Source of the DNA: Candidatus Multivorans sp.
GTDB taxonomy: Bacteria > Acidobacteriota > Thermoanaerobaculia > Multivoradales > Multivoraceae
DNA: 64,000 nt
Direction: 5' to 3'
NCBI GenBank assembly: GCA_965247095.1
Contig: OZ251997.1
Location: 3,904,001-3,968,000 of the forward strand
In this document: positions 1 through 11,344 of the stretch, one piece after another
How the letters are laid out: the number at the start of each line of letters is the position of its first letter
Numbering within the stretch: position 1 is the first letter of the stretch
Translations under genes and position numbers: made by a program
Notes under the pieces: model-generated
Told to the model about the DNA's origin: nothing
The model's database searches: none
The model's input: the letters and a program-made list of their open reading frames with translations, nothing else

Positions 1-371
1 TCGGCATCCGTCTGGGCCAGCCAGGTGAAGCGGACATCCTGCGCGGTCACCGGCTGACCGTCGCTCCACACCGCGTCCGGGCGCAGCCGTACGGTCAACT
101 GCAGGCGGTCCTCCGAGAACTCCCATTCCTCGGCCAGGCTGGGCCCCCAAGTCGGGGGACCGTCGCGGAAATCCCCTCGCTCCGCCATCAGCGACAGGAA
201 CATCTGGTTGTTGATCGCCGCGTACGCCAGCGTCGGCGGGCCGATCAGTTCGTTCGGCGTCGGGTAGTCGAACCGCAGCCCTACGGTGACGCGCGTGGTG
301 TCGCGGGGAGCGTCGGAACTGCAACCCCAGCCGAGTACGGCGACCATTCCGGCTGCCGCCAATACCCGCAT
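1..371 (-). CDS. Peptide/nickel ABC transporter substrate-binding lipoprotein (SBP family 5), 5' part only
   Basis: Manual minus-strand translation from ATG 371: MRVLAAAGMVAVLGWGC (lipobox-like) ... LAEEWEFSED ... VRLRPDAVWSDGQPVTAQDVRFTW, the OppA/DppA-type motif; runs off the window edge. Confidence 0.8.
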   Translation of the reverse strand, partial: MRVLAAAGMVAVLGWGCSSDAPRDTTRVTVGLRFDYPTPNELIGPPTLAYAAINNQMFLSLMAERGDFRDGPPTWGPSLAEEWEFSEDRLQLTVRLRPDAVWSDGQPVTAQDVRFTWLAQTDA

Positions 372-471
372 CGACGTTCGCCCCACTGGCACGGAATCAT
401 CGTACACCCCACCTCTCTTGTAGCTGTGAGGGGGCTGCGCCAGAATACCGAGATAGGAGGGATTCTGGGGC

Positions 472-1839
472 TTGGGAATGTTGGAGTGGCTCGGCACGGA
501 CAGCAGGCAACGGCGACGCCGGATCTGGGCGGCGATCGTCGGCGTCTTCGTGCTCGCCGACCTCAGTCTGTTCGGCTGGTTGATCTTCCGGTCGCTGTCG
601 CAGCGCGAACTGAACCGGATCGTGGTGGAAGCGCGAGCCGAAGCCGAGGAACTGGCGGAGGGGATCGCCGGCCGCGTGAAGACCACGGGGCGCGACCTGT
701 ATACCGCCATGGCCACCGAGTCCGCGACGCGCAGCTACATCAACTCGGTGTTGATTCAGCGGGACATCGTGGAGACCGTCGAGATCCGCGACACGGATGG
801 CCGTCTGGTGTTCCGCAACCGTCGGGAGGAGACCCGGACAGCCGCCGGGGAGCGACCGAACCTCGAGTCGCCCGGGCTGGTCGCGGACACGTTCACCCGT
901 GAGGTTCCCTACGAGCGGGTCGAGGTGCCGGTGGGCAACATCGGCACCTTCGTGATCGGCATCTCACGTGCCGAACTGCAACAGCGGTTGGCCGTCCTGC
1001 GCCGGGAACTGCTGCGGCAGGCGGCGATCATCGCGGCGCTGACCGTGGCTCTGTTCGTCGCCGGCTACGTGATCTACAGCCGGCTCTCGCGCCAAACCGC
1101 TCTCGCCGAGCGTCAGGCGCAGGAGGCCGAGCAGATGGCCTACGTCGGCACGCTGGCCTCCGGGCTCGCCCACGAGATCCGCAGTCCCCTGAACTCCCTG
1201 AATCTCAACATGCAGATGCTCCAGGAGGAGATGGCGACAGACAAGAGCCGGCGCTCGGCGCGGTCGTCCGAGCGTCTGGTGGCGATCACGCGCTCCGAGG
1301 TCGGCCGTCTTGAGCGTCTGGTGTCCGACTTCCTCAGCTACGCGCGTCCGGCCGACCTGGATCTGGTGGACACGACAGCGGCCGAGTTGCTGCGTCACTG
1401 CGCCGAGATCGTCGCCGGCAAGTTGCGCTCGGAGCAGGTCGCTTCGGAGATTGACGATCGCACCGGCGCCGCCGTGTTTCAGGTCGACCGCGAGCAGGTG
1501 AGTCAACTGCTCCTCAACCTGGTCGACAATGCGGTAGCGGCGATGAACGACTGCGACCATCCCCGTCTCCGTCTCGAGGCGGAGATCCGGGATGGGTCGG
1601 TCGTGCTGGCGGTCAGCGACAACGGTCCCGGCGTGGACGAGGCGGAACGCGAGCTGGTCTTCGATCTGTTCCATTCCGGACGCCGGGGAGGCACCGGTCT
1701 GGGGCTCGCCATCGCGCGCCGCATCGCCAACGCGCACGGCGGCCAGGTGAGGGTCCGGGACGACGACCGTCCCGGCGCCACCTTCGAGGTCGAGCTGCCG
1801 CTCGGGTCCCGCGGTCGTGTAGTTTCGTTGACCGTGTAG
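472..1839 (+). CDS. Membrane sensor histidine kinase
   Basis: Two TM segments; H-box LAHEIRSPL, N-box LLNLVDNA, DNGPG and GTGLGL motifs. Confidence 0.9.
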   Translation: MGMLEWLGTDSRQRRRRIWAAIVGVFVLADLSLFGWLIFRSLSQRELNRIVVEARAEAEELAEGIAGRVKTTGRDLYTAMATESATRSYINSVLIQRDIVETVEIRDTDGRLVFRNRREETRTAAGERPNLESPGLVADTFTREVPYERVEVPVGNIGTFVIGISRAELQQRLAVLRRELLRQAAIIAALTVALFVAGYVIYSRLSRQTALAERQAQEAEQMAYVGTLASGLAHEIRSPLNSLNLNMQMLQEEMATDKSRRSARSSERLVAITRSEVGRLERLVSDFLSYARPADLDLVDTTAAELLRHCAEIVAGKLRSEQVASEIDDRTGAAVFQVDREQVSQLLLNLVDNAVAAMNDCDHPRLRLEAEIRDGSVVLAVSDNGPGVDEAERELVFDLFHSGRRGGTGLGLAIARRIANAHGGQVRVRDDDRPGATFEVELPLGSRGRVVSLTV

Positions 1840-1982
1840 CCGCGCGGGTGCTACTGTCGGCGGCCGAATGCCGCCTCGGCGGTGTCCGGCGCGGAGTCTT
1901 GAGGACGTACCGCGCGGAGTTGACAGGCAACGGCGAATGATCTTGGGCGCCCGGAGCAACGGCGCGCCGCAGAGAGAGAACC

Positions 1983-2312
1983 ATGTACGCAGTGATAGAG
2001 ACCGGCGGCAAGCAGGTTCGGGTTGCAGAGGGAGATGTCGTCGATGTAGAGCGTGTCGCCGGCGCCGAAACCGGTTCGGAGGTGTTCTTCGACCGTGTGC
2101 TGATGATCGGCGGCGGTGAGGGCGAAGCCGAATTGGGCGAGCCTGTCGTGGAGGGCGCGCGTGTGCGGGCGTCTCTTGTGTCCGACCTGCGGGCACCGAA
2201 GATCATCGTCTTCAAGTTCAAGCGCCGCAAGGGCTACCGCCGGCGCAATGGACACCGGCAGGACATGCAGCGGTTCCGGATCGAGGCGATCGAGCGAGCG
2301 GCCGGGGCTTGA
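1983..2312 (+). CDS. rplU: 50S ribosomal protein L21
   Basis: [11 protein letters not shown]...[14 protein letters not shown]. Confidence 0.97.
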   Translation: MYAVIETGGKQVRVAEGDVVDVERVAGAETGSEVFFDRVLMIGGGEGEAELGEPVVEGARVRASLVSDLRAPKIIVFKFKRRKGYRRRNGHRQDMQRFRIEAIERAAGA

Positions 2313-2337
2313 GCCCCCGAAACGGAGGTCCATAGAG

Positions 2338-2595
2338 ATGGCGCACAAGAAGGGCCAGGGCTCGAGCCGGAACGGCCGCGATTCGAATCCCAACAACCTC
2401 GGCGTGAAGCGTTACGCTGGCCAGAGCGTGACCGGCGGGACGATCATCGTCCGCCAGCGCGGCACCCGGTTCTTTCCCGGCGAGAACGTAGGTCGTGGCA
2501 ACGACGACACCCTCTACGCGCGGGCGGACGGTGTGGTCGAGTTTCGCAAGCGCGGCCGGCGCGGCACGGTGGTCAACGTTCATCCGGCCGGCTAG
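2338..2595 (+). CDS. rpmA: 50S ribosomal protein L27
   Basis: [16 protein letters not shown]; GGAGG RBS upstream of ATG 2338. Confidence 0.97.
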   Translation: MAHKKGQGSSRNGRDSNPNNLGVKRYAGQSVTGGTIIVRQRGTRFFPGENVGRGNDDTLYARADGVVEFRKRGRRGTVVNVHPAG

Positions 2596-2651
2596 GAGTC
2601 GAGTCGCGGCGTCCGCGCCGCGCTGACGCACAGGAAACATGGCTTGTTCCA
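2592..2651 (+). repeat. 60-bp dispersed structured repeat, copy 1
   Basis: Identical to 61881-61940; starts at CTAG containing the rpmA stop codon; stem CGCGGCG-tccg-CGCCGCG. Confidence 0.9.
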
Positions 2652-2724
2652 CGCAAGCTTGCGCCGCAGAGTTCCGAGCCTCCGAAGCGCAAGGCGGCGC
2701 TGACCTCGCCGCCGGGAGCGGTTG

Positions 2725-3780
2725 ATGCACTTCATTGACGAGGCCGTCATCGATGTCCTCGGGGGTGCGGGCGGTAACGGTTGCATGGCGTTCCGGCGCG
2801 AGAAGTTCGTGCCCCGCGGAGGCCCCTCCGGTGGCGATGGCGGTCACGGCGGCAGCGTCGTCCTGGTGGGCGCCTCGGGACTCGGCACGTTGTATCGCCT
2901 CTCATTTCCCGCCAACTACCACGCGGAGCGCGGCCGCCACGGCGAGGGCTCGAACCGGACCGGCAGGAGCGGTGGTGACCTGCTTATTCCGGTGCCGCTC
3001 GGCACCGAGGTCTACGACGCGGACAGCGGTGAAACCCTGGGTGAGGTGTTGACCGAGGACGAACGGCTGATCGTCGCCCACGGCGGCGCCGGCGGCCGCG
3101 GCAACGCGAAGTTCAAGAGCTCGCGGCAACGGGCGCCGAGGCGCACGGAGCCGGGGACGCCCGGTGACCAGAGGCGGCTCCGCCTGGAACTGAAGTTGCT
3201 CGCCGATGTCGGGGTTGTCGGCCTGCCGAATGCCGGCAAGTCGACGTTGATCAGTGTTCTGACCGCCGCCAAGCCGAGGATCGCGGACTATCCGTTCACC
3301 ACCCTCGTGCCCCAACTCGGAGTGGTCGGTGCGCCGGCGCTGCCGGTGGAGGCGGAGCCCTTTGTGATTGCCGATCTGCCGGGCCTGATCGCGGGCGCTG
3401 CCCAGGGGGCCGGACTCGGGACGCGCTTCCTCCGTCACGTCGAGCGGTGCCGCGTGCTGCTCCACCTGGTCGATCTCGGGCCGCAGCCGGAGGAGGCCGG
3501 GAATTCGATCGAGGAGGCCGTAGACACGATCAGCGCCGAACTGGGCGCCTTCAACGAGGATCTCCTGCGGCGGCCCCGGATTCTGTGCGGCTCGAAGCTG
3601 GACATCGCCGACGACGACAGGCGCCGCGAACTCCATGCGCTGGCCACGAGACGGGGACTGCGGGCGTTCGAGATCTCCGCCGTGGCGGGTGCGGGTCTGG
3701 CGCCGCTGGTCCGGGAACTCCGGGGCCTGCTCGATGGCCGAGATGCCGCCACGGACGTGGCCACAGGAGCCCAGCCATGA
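2725..3780 (+). CDS. obgE: GTPase Obg/CgtA
   Basis: Gly-rich N-terminus FRREKFVPRGGPSGGDGG; GLPNAGKS, YPFTT, DLPG. Confidence 0.97.
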   Translation: MHFIDEAVIDVLGGAGGNGCMAFRREKFVPRGGPSGGDGGHGGSVVLVGASGLGTLYRLSFPANYHAERGRHGEGSNRTGRSGGDLLIPVPLGTEVYDADSGETLGEVLTEDERLIVAHGGAGGRGNAKFKSSRQRAPRRTEPGTPGDQRRLRLELKLLADVGVVGLPNAGKSTLISVLTAAKPRIADYPFTTLVPQLGVVGAPALPVEAEPFVIADLPGLIAGAAQGAGLGTRFLRHVERCRVLLHLVDLGPQPEEAGNSIEEAVDTISAELGAFNEDLLRRPRILCGSKLDIADDDRRRELHALATRRGLRAFEISAVAGAGLAPLVRELRGLLDGRDAATDVATGAQP

Positions 3781-4385
3781 GCGGACCGAGGGCGCGGATC
3801 GGGCTCTTCGGGGGCAGCTTCGATCCGATCCACAACGGCCACATTCTGCCGGTGCTCGCGGCTCGGGAATCGCTCGGGCTCGATGTCGTCCACTACCTGC
3901 CGACTGCCTGCCCGCCGCACAAGCCGCAGGGGACGAGGGCGCCGGCTCTCTTGCGGAACACGATGGTCGAGTTGGCGCTGCTGCCCTACCCCGAACTCGT
4001 CGTGTCGGATGCTGAGCTCGATCTCGGGCGATCCGTGTACACGATCGAGACGGTGGAGCGCTACGCTGCCGAGTTCCCGGATGCCAGTCTGCATCTGCTC
4101 CTCGGCGTCGACAGTTTCAACGAACTTCCCGGCTGGCGGCGCTTTGGCGATCTGATCGAGGCCGTGAAGCTGGTTGTCCTGGCGCGTCCGGGCGAGCGGT
4201 GTCTCGACCCGGAGGTGCGCTCGCCGGTCGAGAGTGCGCGCGGCTACGTCCTCGTCCGGCACCGTTCGGTCGATGTCTCGTCGAGCGACATTCGCCGGCG
4301 GCTGGCGCAGGGTGCGGAAGTGAGCGCGGACTTGATGCCGGACCCGGTGCTGCGCTACTGTCGCAAGTACGGGTTGTATCGTTGA
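3777..4385 (+). CDS. nadD: Nicotinate-nucleotide adenylyltransferase
   Basis: GLFGGSFDPIHNGH, PPHK, VSSSDIR; ATGA overlap with obgE. Confidence 0.93.
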   Translation: MSGPRARIGLFGGSFDPIHNGHILPVLAARESLGLDVVHYLPTACPPHKPQGTRAPALLRNTMVELALLPYPELVVSDAELDLGRSVYTIETVERYAAEFPDASLHLLLGVDSFNELPGWRRFGDLIEAVKLVVLARPGERCLDPEVRSPVESARGYVLVRHRSVDVSSSDIRRRLAQGAEVSADLMPDPVLRYCRKYGLYR

Positions 4386-4798
4386 CGCAAGCGCAGACGC
4401 TCCAGGCCCAAGCGGGCACGACTACCCGCGACCCGGAGGGGACCACCGACTCCGAGGACCGTGTCCGCGCGGTTGCCGCGGCGGCGCTGGATCGCAAGGC
4501 ACAGGACCTGCGTGTACTGGAACTCACCGAAGTCAGCGACTTCACCGACTACTTCGTCATCTGCAACGGCGCCAACGCCCGCCAGGTGAGCAGCATCGCG
4601 GAAGCGGTGGAGCGCAGGTTGCGCGCCGACGGCGCCCGGCCGCTGCATCTCGAGGGTGCGGGCAGGGGCCAGTGGGTGCTGCTCGACTACGGTGACGTGG
4701 TCGTCCACGTGTTCGACGCCGAGCGGCGTGAGCTCTACCGGCTGGAACGGCTGTGGTCCGACGCGCCGGACCGGACCGCGGAGCTCGCGAGCGACTGA
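4382..4798 (+). CDS. rsfS: Ribosome silencing factor (Iojap)
   Basis: DYFVIC, WVLLDYGDVVVHVF...YRLERLW; TTG start overlapping nadD stop inferred. Confidence 0.92.
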   Translation: MTQAQTLQAQAGTTTRDPEGTTDSEDRVRAVAAAALDRKAQDLRVLELTEVSDFTDYFVICNGANARQVSSIAEAVERRLRADGARPLHLEGAGRGQWVLLDYGDVVVHVFDAERRELYRLERLWSDAPDRTAELASD

Positions 4799-4810
4799 GT
4801 TCCCGGGGCG

Positions 4811-5032
4811 ATGGGTGCAGTGCTGCAACTCCGGGTCAACGGCCAGGAGCGGGAACTGGCTTCCTCGGGATCCGGCGCTACCGTTCTCGATCTGCTTGCG
4901 AGCCTGGACCAGCACCCGAAGACGGTGGCGGTCGAAGTGAACCGCGAACTCGTACCGCGCGCCCGTTTCGGCGAAACGGCGCTTCGCGACGGCGACCGGG
5001 TCGAGATCGTTCGCTTCGTTCAGGGTGGTTAG
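4811..5032 (+). CDS. thiS: Sulfur carrier protein, ThiS family
   Basis: VNG...VAVEVN...GDRVEIVRFVQGG with C-terminal GG. Confidence 0.88.
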   Translation: MGAVLQLRVNGQERELASSGSGATVLDLLASLDQHPKTVAVEVNRELVPRARFGETALRDGDRVEIVRFVQGG

Positions 5033-5110
5033 AGGGGCAATCTTCCGGTATAGTCCCTCGCTGCCGCCGGCACCGGAGGAACCGGTTGACGCGAAGGCGG
5101 CATGGAGGCC

Positions 5111-5186
5111 GGGCCGCTAGCTCAATTGGCAGAGCAACAGACTCTTAATCTGTGGGTTCTAGGTTCGATTCCTAGGCGGCTCACCA
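5111..5186 (+). tRNA. tRNA-Lys (CTT)
   Basis: GGGCCGC acceptor stem; anticodon arm ACAGA-ctCTTaa-TCTGT; GGTTCGATTCC; CCA encoded. Confidence 0.95.
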
Positions 5187-5227
5187 CGCCCCACCCGTGG
5201 CGGCCCAAGCTTCCGCACTGCTACGGC

Positions 5228-5309
5228 GCGAAAGTGGCGGAACTGGTAGACGCGCTAGACTTAGGATCTAGTCCCGGAAGGGTTGGGGGTTCGAGTCCCC
5301 CCTTTCGCA
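5228..5309 (+). tRNA. tRNA-Leu (TAG)
   Basis: GCGAAAG/CTTTCGC acceptor stem; CTAGA-ctTAGga-TCTAG; long variable arm; CCA not encoded. Confidence 0.93.
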
Positions 5310-5332
5310 CGCCTGACTTTCGCACGCCTGAC

Positions 5333-5409
5333 GCGGAACCGGTCGAGCGCTACACTCAGGATCTAGTCCCGGAAGGGTTCAGGGGGTTCGAGTCCCCCTT
5401 TCGCACGCC
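5333..5409 (+). pseudogene. Degenerate tandem copy of tRNA-Leu
   Basis: Aligns with the preceding tRNA from the D-arm to the 3' end; lacks the 5' acceptor strand; anticodon stem mismatched; loop reads CAG. Confidence 0.8.
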
Positions 5410-5466
5410 AAGCACACCTGTCCTTCGTCTCGCACTACCGGAATCGACTGAGTCTCCCGTTCGACC

Positions 5467-6816
5467 ATGACTGTAGTGGTCACAAAAAGGGAGGTCGGCC
5501 TCTGCCGGCACGAGTTCGACATCGAGGTGCCGGCCGAGGAGGTCGATGCCGAGTACCTGCGGGTAGCCGGGGACTACCGCCGCCGGGCCCGTCTCGACGG
5601 CTTCCGCAAGGGCAAGGCGCCGCTCGACCTGATCCGCCAACGGTTCGCCGAGGCGATCGGCGAGGATGTGTCGGAGCGGCTGGCGCCGAAGTACTGGAAT
5701 CTGGCGCGCGAGGAGGAGGATGTCCACTCCATGCTGCCGCCAAGTGTCGGGCCGGTCGAGGTGGTTCCCGGCCGGCAGTTGCGCTTCACGGTGACGGTCG
5801 ACGTCGAGCCCGAGGTCGACATCGGTGATGACCGGAGCTTCGAGTTGCCACAGCCCGAGACGGCGCCCACCGAAGCCGAGGTCGACGAAGTGCTGGAGCA
5901 GGTTCGCCTGGAGCGCGCGACCTGGGTGCCCGTCGACCGCTCCGCGGCGCGCGGCGACCGGGTGCGGGGGAAGGTCCATCGCGCCGCCATGCCCGGTTTC
6001 GATGCGGACGCAGCAGGCGCCGACCAGGACGCCGACCGCAACGGTCCGGCGACCCACGACATCGACCTGGAACTGGGCGACGAGCGGGTCTGGCCTGAGC
6101 TCACCGACAACCTCACGGGGCTCTCGGCTGGTCAGACGGCGACGTTCGAGCGCGTCGAGCAGGAGGACAGCATCGAGCGGCAGCGTGGGTACGACATCGA
6201 ACTCCACGAGGTGCTCGAGCGGAAGCTGCCGGAGGTCGACGACGACTGGGCCAGTGGTCTGGCCGCGAGCATCGGGAGCGTCGACGATCTGCGCGAGAAC
6301 CTCCGCGGGCAGGTGCAGGCGCGGAAGGTCGAGGCTGCCGGCCAGCAGCGCACGGACGCTCTGCTCGAGCAGTTGCGGGAGCGGTATCCGGTCACCCTGC
6401 CGGAGGCGGTGGTGGAGCGCGAGGCGTTCCAGATGGCGCGGTCCTACGCGAGCAACCTGGCGCGACAGGGTGTCGATCTCGAACAGCAGCAGTTGCCGTG
6501 GGAGCAGATGATGGAGGAGATCCGTCCGCAGGCGGGTAAGCGGGCGCACGCCTCCTTCCTGCTCGACCGGATCGCCCGGGCAGATGGGATCGAACCGACC
6601 CGGGAAGACCTCGAGCGCGCGCTGGAGATCATGGCTCGCGCCCGCAACACGAACCGCGGCAAGCTGCGCCGCGAGCTCGAGCGGGATGGCGGCCTGGAGA
6701 TGTTGAAGATCGAACTCAAACGGGACAGGACGGTGCAGGCTCTTCTCGGGGCCAATGCACCGTCTGATGGATCGGGCGGTGCAACGGAAGAAGCTGCCGC
6801 CGAAGGGAAGGACTAG
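5467..6816 (+). CDS. tig: Trigger factor
   Basis: GFRKGKAP ribosome-binding motif; upstream of clpP. Confidence 0.93.
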   Translation: MTVVVTKREVGLCRHEFDIEVPAEEVDAEYLRVAGDYRRRARLDGFRKGKAPLDLIRQRFAEAIGEDVSERLAPKYWNLAREEEDVHSMLPPSVGPVEVVPGRQLRFTVTVDVEPEVDIGDDRSFELPQPETAPTEAEVDEVLEQVRLERATWVPVDRSAARGDRVRGKVHRAAMPGFDADAAGADQDADRNGPATHDIDLELGDERVWPELTDNLTGLSAGQTATFERVEQEDSIERQRGYDIELHEVLERKLPEVDDDWASGLAASIGSVDDLRENLRGQVQARKVEAAGQQRTDALLEQLRERYPVTLPEAVVEREAFQMARSYASNLARQGVDLEQQQLPWEQMMEEIRPQAGKRAHASFLLDRIARADGIEPTREDLERALEIMARARNTNRGKLRRELERDGGLEMLKIELKRDRTVQALLGANAPSDGSGGATEEAAAEGKD

Positions 6817-6820
6817 GGCG

Positions 6821-6874
6821 ATGCTGGTACCAATTGTGGCCGGGCAGACCAACCGGTCGGAAAGAGAGGGCTAG
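6821..6874 (+). other. 17-aa mini-ORF resembling the ClpP N-terminus
   Basis: MLVPIVAGQTNRSEREG* versus Clp[18 protein letters not shown]. Confidence 0.7.
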
Positions 6875-6877
6875 GGA

Positions 6878-7468
6878 ATGCTTGTACCCATGGTGGTCGA
6901 GCAGACCAACCGGGGAGAACGCGCTTACGACATCTACTCGCGGCTGCTCAAGGACAACATCGTGTTCCTCGGCCGGGCGATCGATGACGACGTGGCGAAC
7001 CTGGTCATCGCGCAGATGCTGTTTCTCGAGTCCGAGAACCCGGAGAAGGACATCTCGCTCTACATCAACTCGCCGGGCGGCTCGGTGACCGCGGGCTTCG
7101 CCATCTACGACACGATGCAGCATGTGAAGCCGGACGTCTCGACCCTGTGCGTCGGTCAGGCCGCGTCCTTCGCGGCAGTGCTGCTGGCGGGCGGGGCCAA
7201 GGAGAAGCGGCTCGTGCTGCCCAACGCGCGGGTGCTGATTCACCAACCCTGGGTGCAGAGCCTCGGGGGCCAGCAGACGGACATCGACATCCATGCCCAG
7301 GACCTGCTGAGAATGCGCGGCCGGATCGACGAACTGCTGGCTTTGCACACCGGCAAACCGACCGATGAAGTCCACGCCGACACCGAGCGGGACAAGATTC
7401 TCACCGCCGAGATGGCGGTGGAATATGGCATCGCCGATCGCGTTATCGAGCGTCGGGGAGCCCAGTAG
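6878..7468 (+). CDS. clpP: ATP-dependent Clp protease proteolytic subunit
   Basis: [21 protein letters not shown] (catalytic Ser), LIHQP. Confidence 0.97.
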   Translation: MLVPMVVEQTNRGERAYDIYSRLLKDNIVFLGRAIDDDVANLVIAQMLFLESENPEKDISLYINSPGGSVTAGFAIYDTMQHVKPDVSTLCVGQAASFAAVLLAGGAKEKRLVLPNARVLIHQPWVQSLGGQQTDIDIHAQDLLRMRGRIDELLALHTGKPTDEVHADTERDKILTAEMAVEYGIADRVIERRGAQ

Positions 7469-7616
7469 CAGCGCGACTCGCGGCCCCGGGCGGGCCGCTT
7501 GAGCGCGTCTCGCAGCCCGGAGCCGTGCTACCATCCGTAGGTGCCCGCGACCTGTACGGGTCCAACGCAGGCAGGCCGGACGAAGCGCACGAAGACAAGC
7601 AGGAACGAACTGACCG

Positions 7617-8852
<1,236 letters not shown>

Positions 8853-8854
8853 CG

Positions 8855-11317
8855 ATGGCTTCCGGATACGTTTCGACTTCGAGCGAGCGGCTGCCGGTAG
8901 TGCCGCTGCGGGACATGGTCGTCTTCCCGCAGATGATGGCCCCCTTCATCGTCGGGCGCCGCGGCTCGGTGCTGGCGCTGGAGCACACCCTCGGCACGGC
9001 CGGCAAGCTGATCTTCCTGGTCGCCCAGCGGGATCCCAAGGTGGACGATCCCGGTATCGACGACATCCATCCGATCGGAGTCGTTGCGCGGGTGGTGCAG
9101 AACGTGAAGTTGCCGAACGGCAACGTGAAGGTCATGGTCGAAGGGCTGCGCCGGGCCGAGTTGCGGACCCTGGAGGAAAAGGACGGCGCCTTCGAGGCCG
9201 ACATCAAGGTCTACGAGATCCACTACCCGGCCGACGACAAGGTTAAGGTCTACATGAGCCAACTGCTCAACAGCTTCGAGCAGTACGCCAAGATGTCCCA
9301 CCACATGGCCTTCGAGAGCCTGATGTCGACGCTCAAGCTGGACGATCCCGACCGCTTCGCCGACGCCTTGGCGGCGCACCTGACCGTCTCCACCGCCGAG
9401 AAGCAGACCCTGCTGGAGACCTTGAATCCGTACGAACGCCTGCAGGCGGTTCACGACCTGCTCGATGTCGAGGTCGAGAAGATCAACATCGACAAGCGGA
9501 TCAACGTACAGGTCAAGAAGCAGATGGAGAAGGCGCAGAAGGAGTACTACCTCAACGAGAAGATCAAGGCGATCCACCACGAGTTGGGGCGCAAGGACGA
9601 TCGCGCCGACGAGATCGCCGAGCTGAAGCAGAAGATCGAGAAGTCCGGCGCTCCGAAACTGGTGCGCGAGAAGGCCGCACAGGAGTTGCGCCGGCTGGAG
9701 GCCATGCCGCCGGTGTCGGCCGAGGCGACCGTGTCACGCAACTACGTCGACTGGCTCGTCTCGGTGCCGTGGAAGAAGCGGAGCCGCGAGCTGAAGGATC
9801 TGAAGAAGGCGGCCACGATCCTGGACCGGGGTCACCACGGGCTGGAGAAGGTCAAGGGGCGGGTGCTGGAGTTCCTCGCCGTCCGGCAACTGACGAGCAA
9901 GACCCAGAACTCGATCATCTGCTTCGTCGGTCCACCGGGCGTGGGCAAGTCGTCGCTGGCCAAGTCGATCGCCGCCGCCACAGGCCGCAAGTTCGTGCGC
10001 CTTTCCCTGGGCGGCGTGCGCGACGAGGCGGAAGTCCGCGGGCACCGGCGTACGTACATCGGCGCCTTTCCCGGCCAGATCATCCAGATGATGAAGCGGG
10101 CGGGGACGGTCAATCCGGTGTTCCTGCTCGACGAGGTCGACAAGATGTCGACGGACTTCCGCGGCGACCCGTCGTCGGCGCTGCTGGAGGTGCTGGACCC
10201 GGAACAGAACGACACATTCGTCGACCACTACATGGACGTGGAGTACGACCTCTCCAAGGTGTTGTTCATCGCCACCGCGAACGTCGAGCACCCGATTCCA
10301 CCCGCGCTGCGGGACCGGATGGAGATCATTCATCTCGCCGGGTACACGCCCAACGAAAAGCTGGAGATCGCGCGCCAGTTCCTGGTGCCGAGACAGTTGG
10401 ACAGCCACGGCCTGACCGACGATGCGATCCGGTTCGACAAGGACAGCCTCGGGTTCCTGATGGACTCCTACACCCGCGAGGCGGGGGTCCGGAACCTGGA
10501 GCGCGAGATTGCCGCCGTGTGCCGCAAGCTGGCCCTAAGGCTGGTCGAAGAGGGTGGAGCCGAGAGGGTAAAGGCGAAATCGAAGAGCAAGGGCAAGGCC
10601 GCATCTTTTGAGTCCGCGATTGCCGTCGACCGGGATCTGGTTTCGCAACTCCTCGGCAAGCCCAAGTTCCGTCCTCGCAAGAAGCTCGAACGGTCCGAGG
10701 TCGGCGTGGCTACTGGATTGGCCTGGACCCAGGCCGGGGGCGAGCTGCTGGAGAGCGAGGTCGGCCTGATGAAGGGCACCGGCAAGCTGATCCTGACCGG
10801 CAAGCTCGGCGACGTGATGAAGGAGTCCGCGCGGGCCGCGATGTCCTATCTCCGCAGCCGCGCCGACATGTTCGGCCTGGAGCCCGGCTTCCACGCCGAC
10901 CAGGACCTCCACATCCACGTGCCCGAGGGCGCCATCCCCAAGGACGGTCCGTCGGCCGGCATCACGATGGCCTCCGCGTTGATCTCGGCTCTCGTCAGGG
11001 TGCCGGTGCGGGGCGACGTGGCGATGACCGGGGAGATCACGCTGCGCGGAAAGGTGCTGCCGGTGGGTGGCATCAAGGACAAGGTGCTGGCGGCGTACCG
11101 CGCCGGGATCTTCGAGCTCCTGCTTCCGAAGGAGAACGAGAAGGATCTCGAGGAAGTGCCGGAGGAGATCCGGGAAGAGATGACGTTCTATCTCGTCGAG
11201 TCGATGGACGAAGTGCTGGACACCGTCTTCGACGGCGTCGTCCCCCGGGTGCCCGAAGTGTCGGCCGAATTCCAGAAGCCGGCGGACGAGGCCCCGCCGG
11301 CCAACGTCGCTCACTGA
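8855..11317 (+). CDS. lon: Lon protease
   Basis: [24 protein letters not shown]. Confidence 0.97.
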   Translation: MASGYVSTSSERLPVVPLRDMVVFPQMMAPFIVGRRGSVLALEHTLGTAGKLIFLVAQRDPKVDDPGIDDIHPIGVVARVVQNVKLPNGNVKVMVEGLRRAELRTLEEKDGAFEADIKVYEIHYPADDKVKVYMSQLLNSFEQYAKMSHHMAFESLMSTLKLDDPDRFADALAAHLTVSTAEKQTLLETLNPYERLQAVHDLLDVEVEKINIDKRINVQVKKQMEKAQKEYYLNEKIKAIHHELGRKDDRADEIAELKQKIEKSGAPKLVREKAAQELRRLEAMPPVSAEATVSRNYVDWLVSVPWKKRSRELKDLKKAATILDRGHHGLEKVKGRVLEFLAVRQLTSKTQNSIICFVGPPGVGKSSLAKSIAAATGRKFVRLSLGGVRDEAEVRGHRRTYIGAFPGQIIQMMKRAGTVNPVFLLDEVDKMSTDFRGDPSSALLEVLDPEQNDTFVDHYMDVEYDLSKVLFIATANVEHPIPPALRDRMEIIHLAGYTPNEKLEIARQFLVPRQLDSHGLTDDAIRFDKDSLGFLMDSYTREAGVRNLEREIAAVCRKLALRLVEEGGAERVKAKSKSKGKAASFESAIAVDRDLVSQLLGKPKFRPRKKLERSEVGVATGLAWTQAGGELLESEVGLMKGTGKLILTGKLGDVMKESARAAMSYLRSRADMFGLEPGFHADQDLHIHVPEGAIPKDGPSAGITMASALISALVRVPVRGDVAMTGEITLRGKVLPVGGIKDKVLAAYRAGIFELLLPKENEKDLEEVPEEIREEMTFYLVESMDEVLDTVFDGVVPRVPEVSAEFQKPADEAPPANVAH

Positions 11318-11344
11318 AGACCTGAGCCGCTAGAGGACGGGACC

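Noticed and set aside
1920-1950. TTGACA upstream of rplU as a promoter
   Set aside because: No convincing -10 element at 16-18 nt spacing
5102-5470. 122-aa ORF upstream of tig
   Set aside because: Overlaps two tRNAs and the pseudo-tRNA
10555-10625. Lys-rich insertion in Lon ([14 protein letters not shown])
   Set aside because: Falls in a variable linker after the AAA domain; not evidence of an intein or new domain
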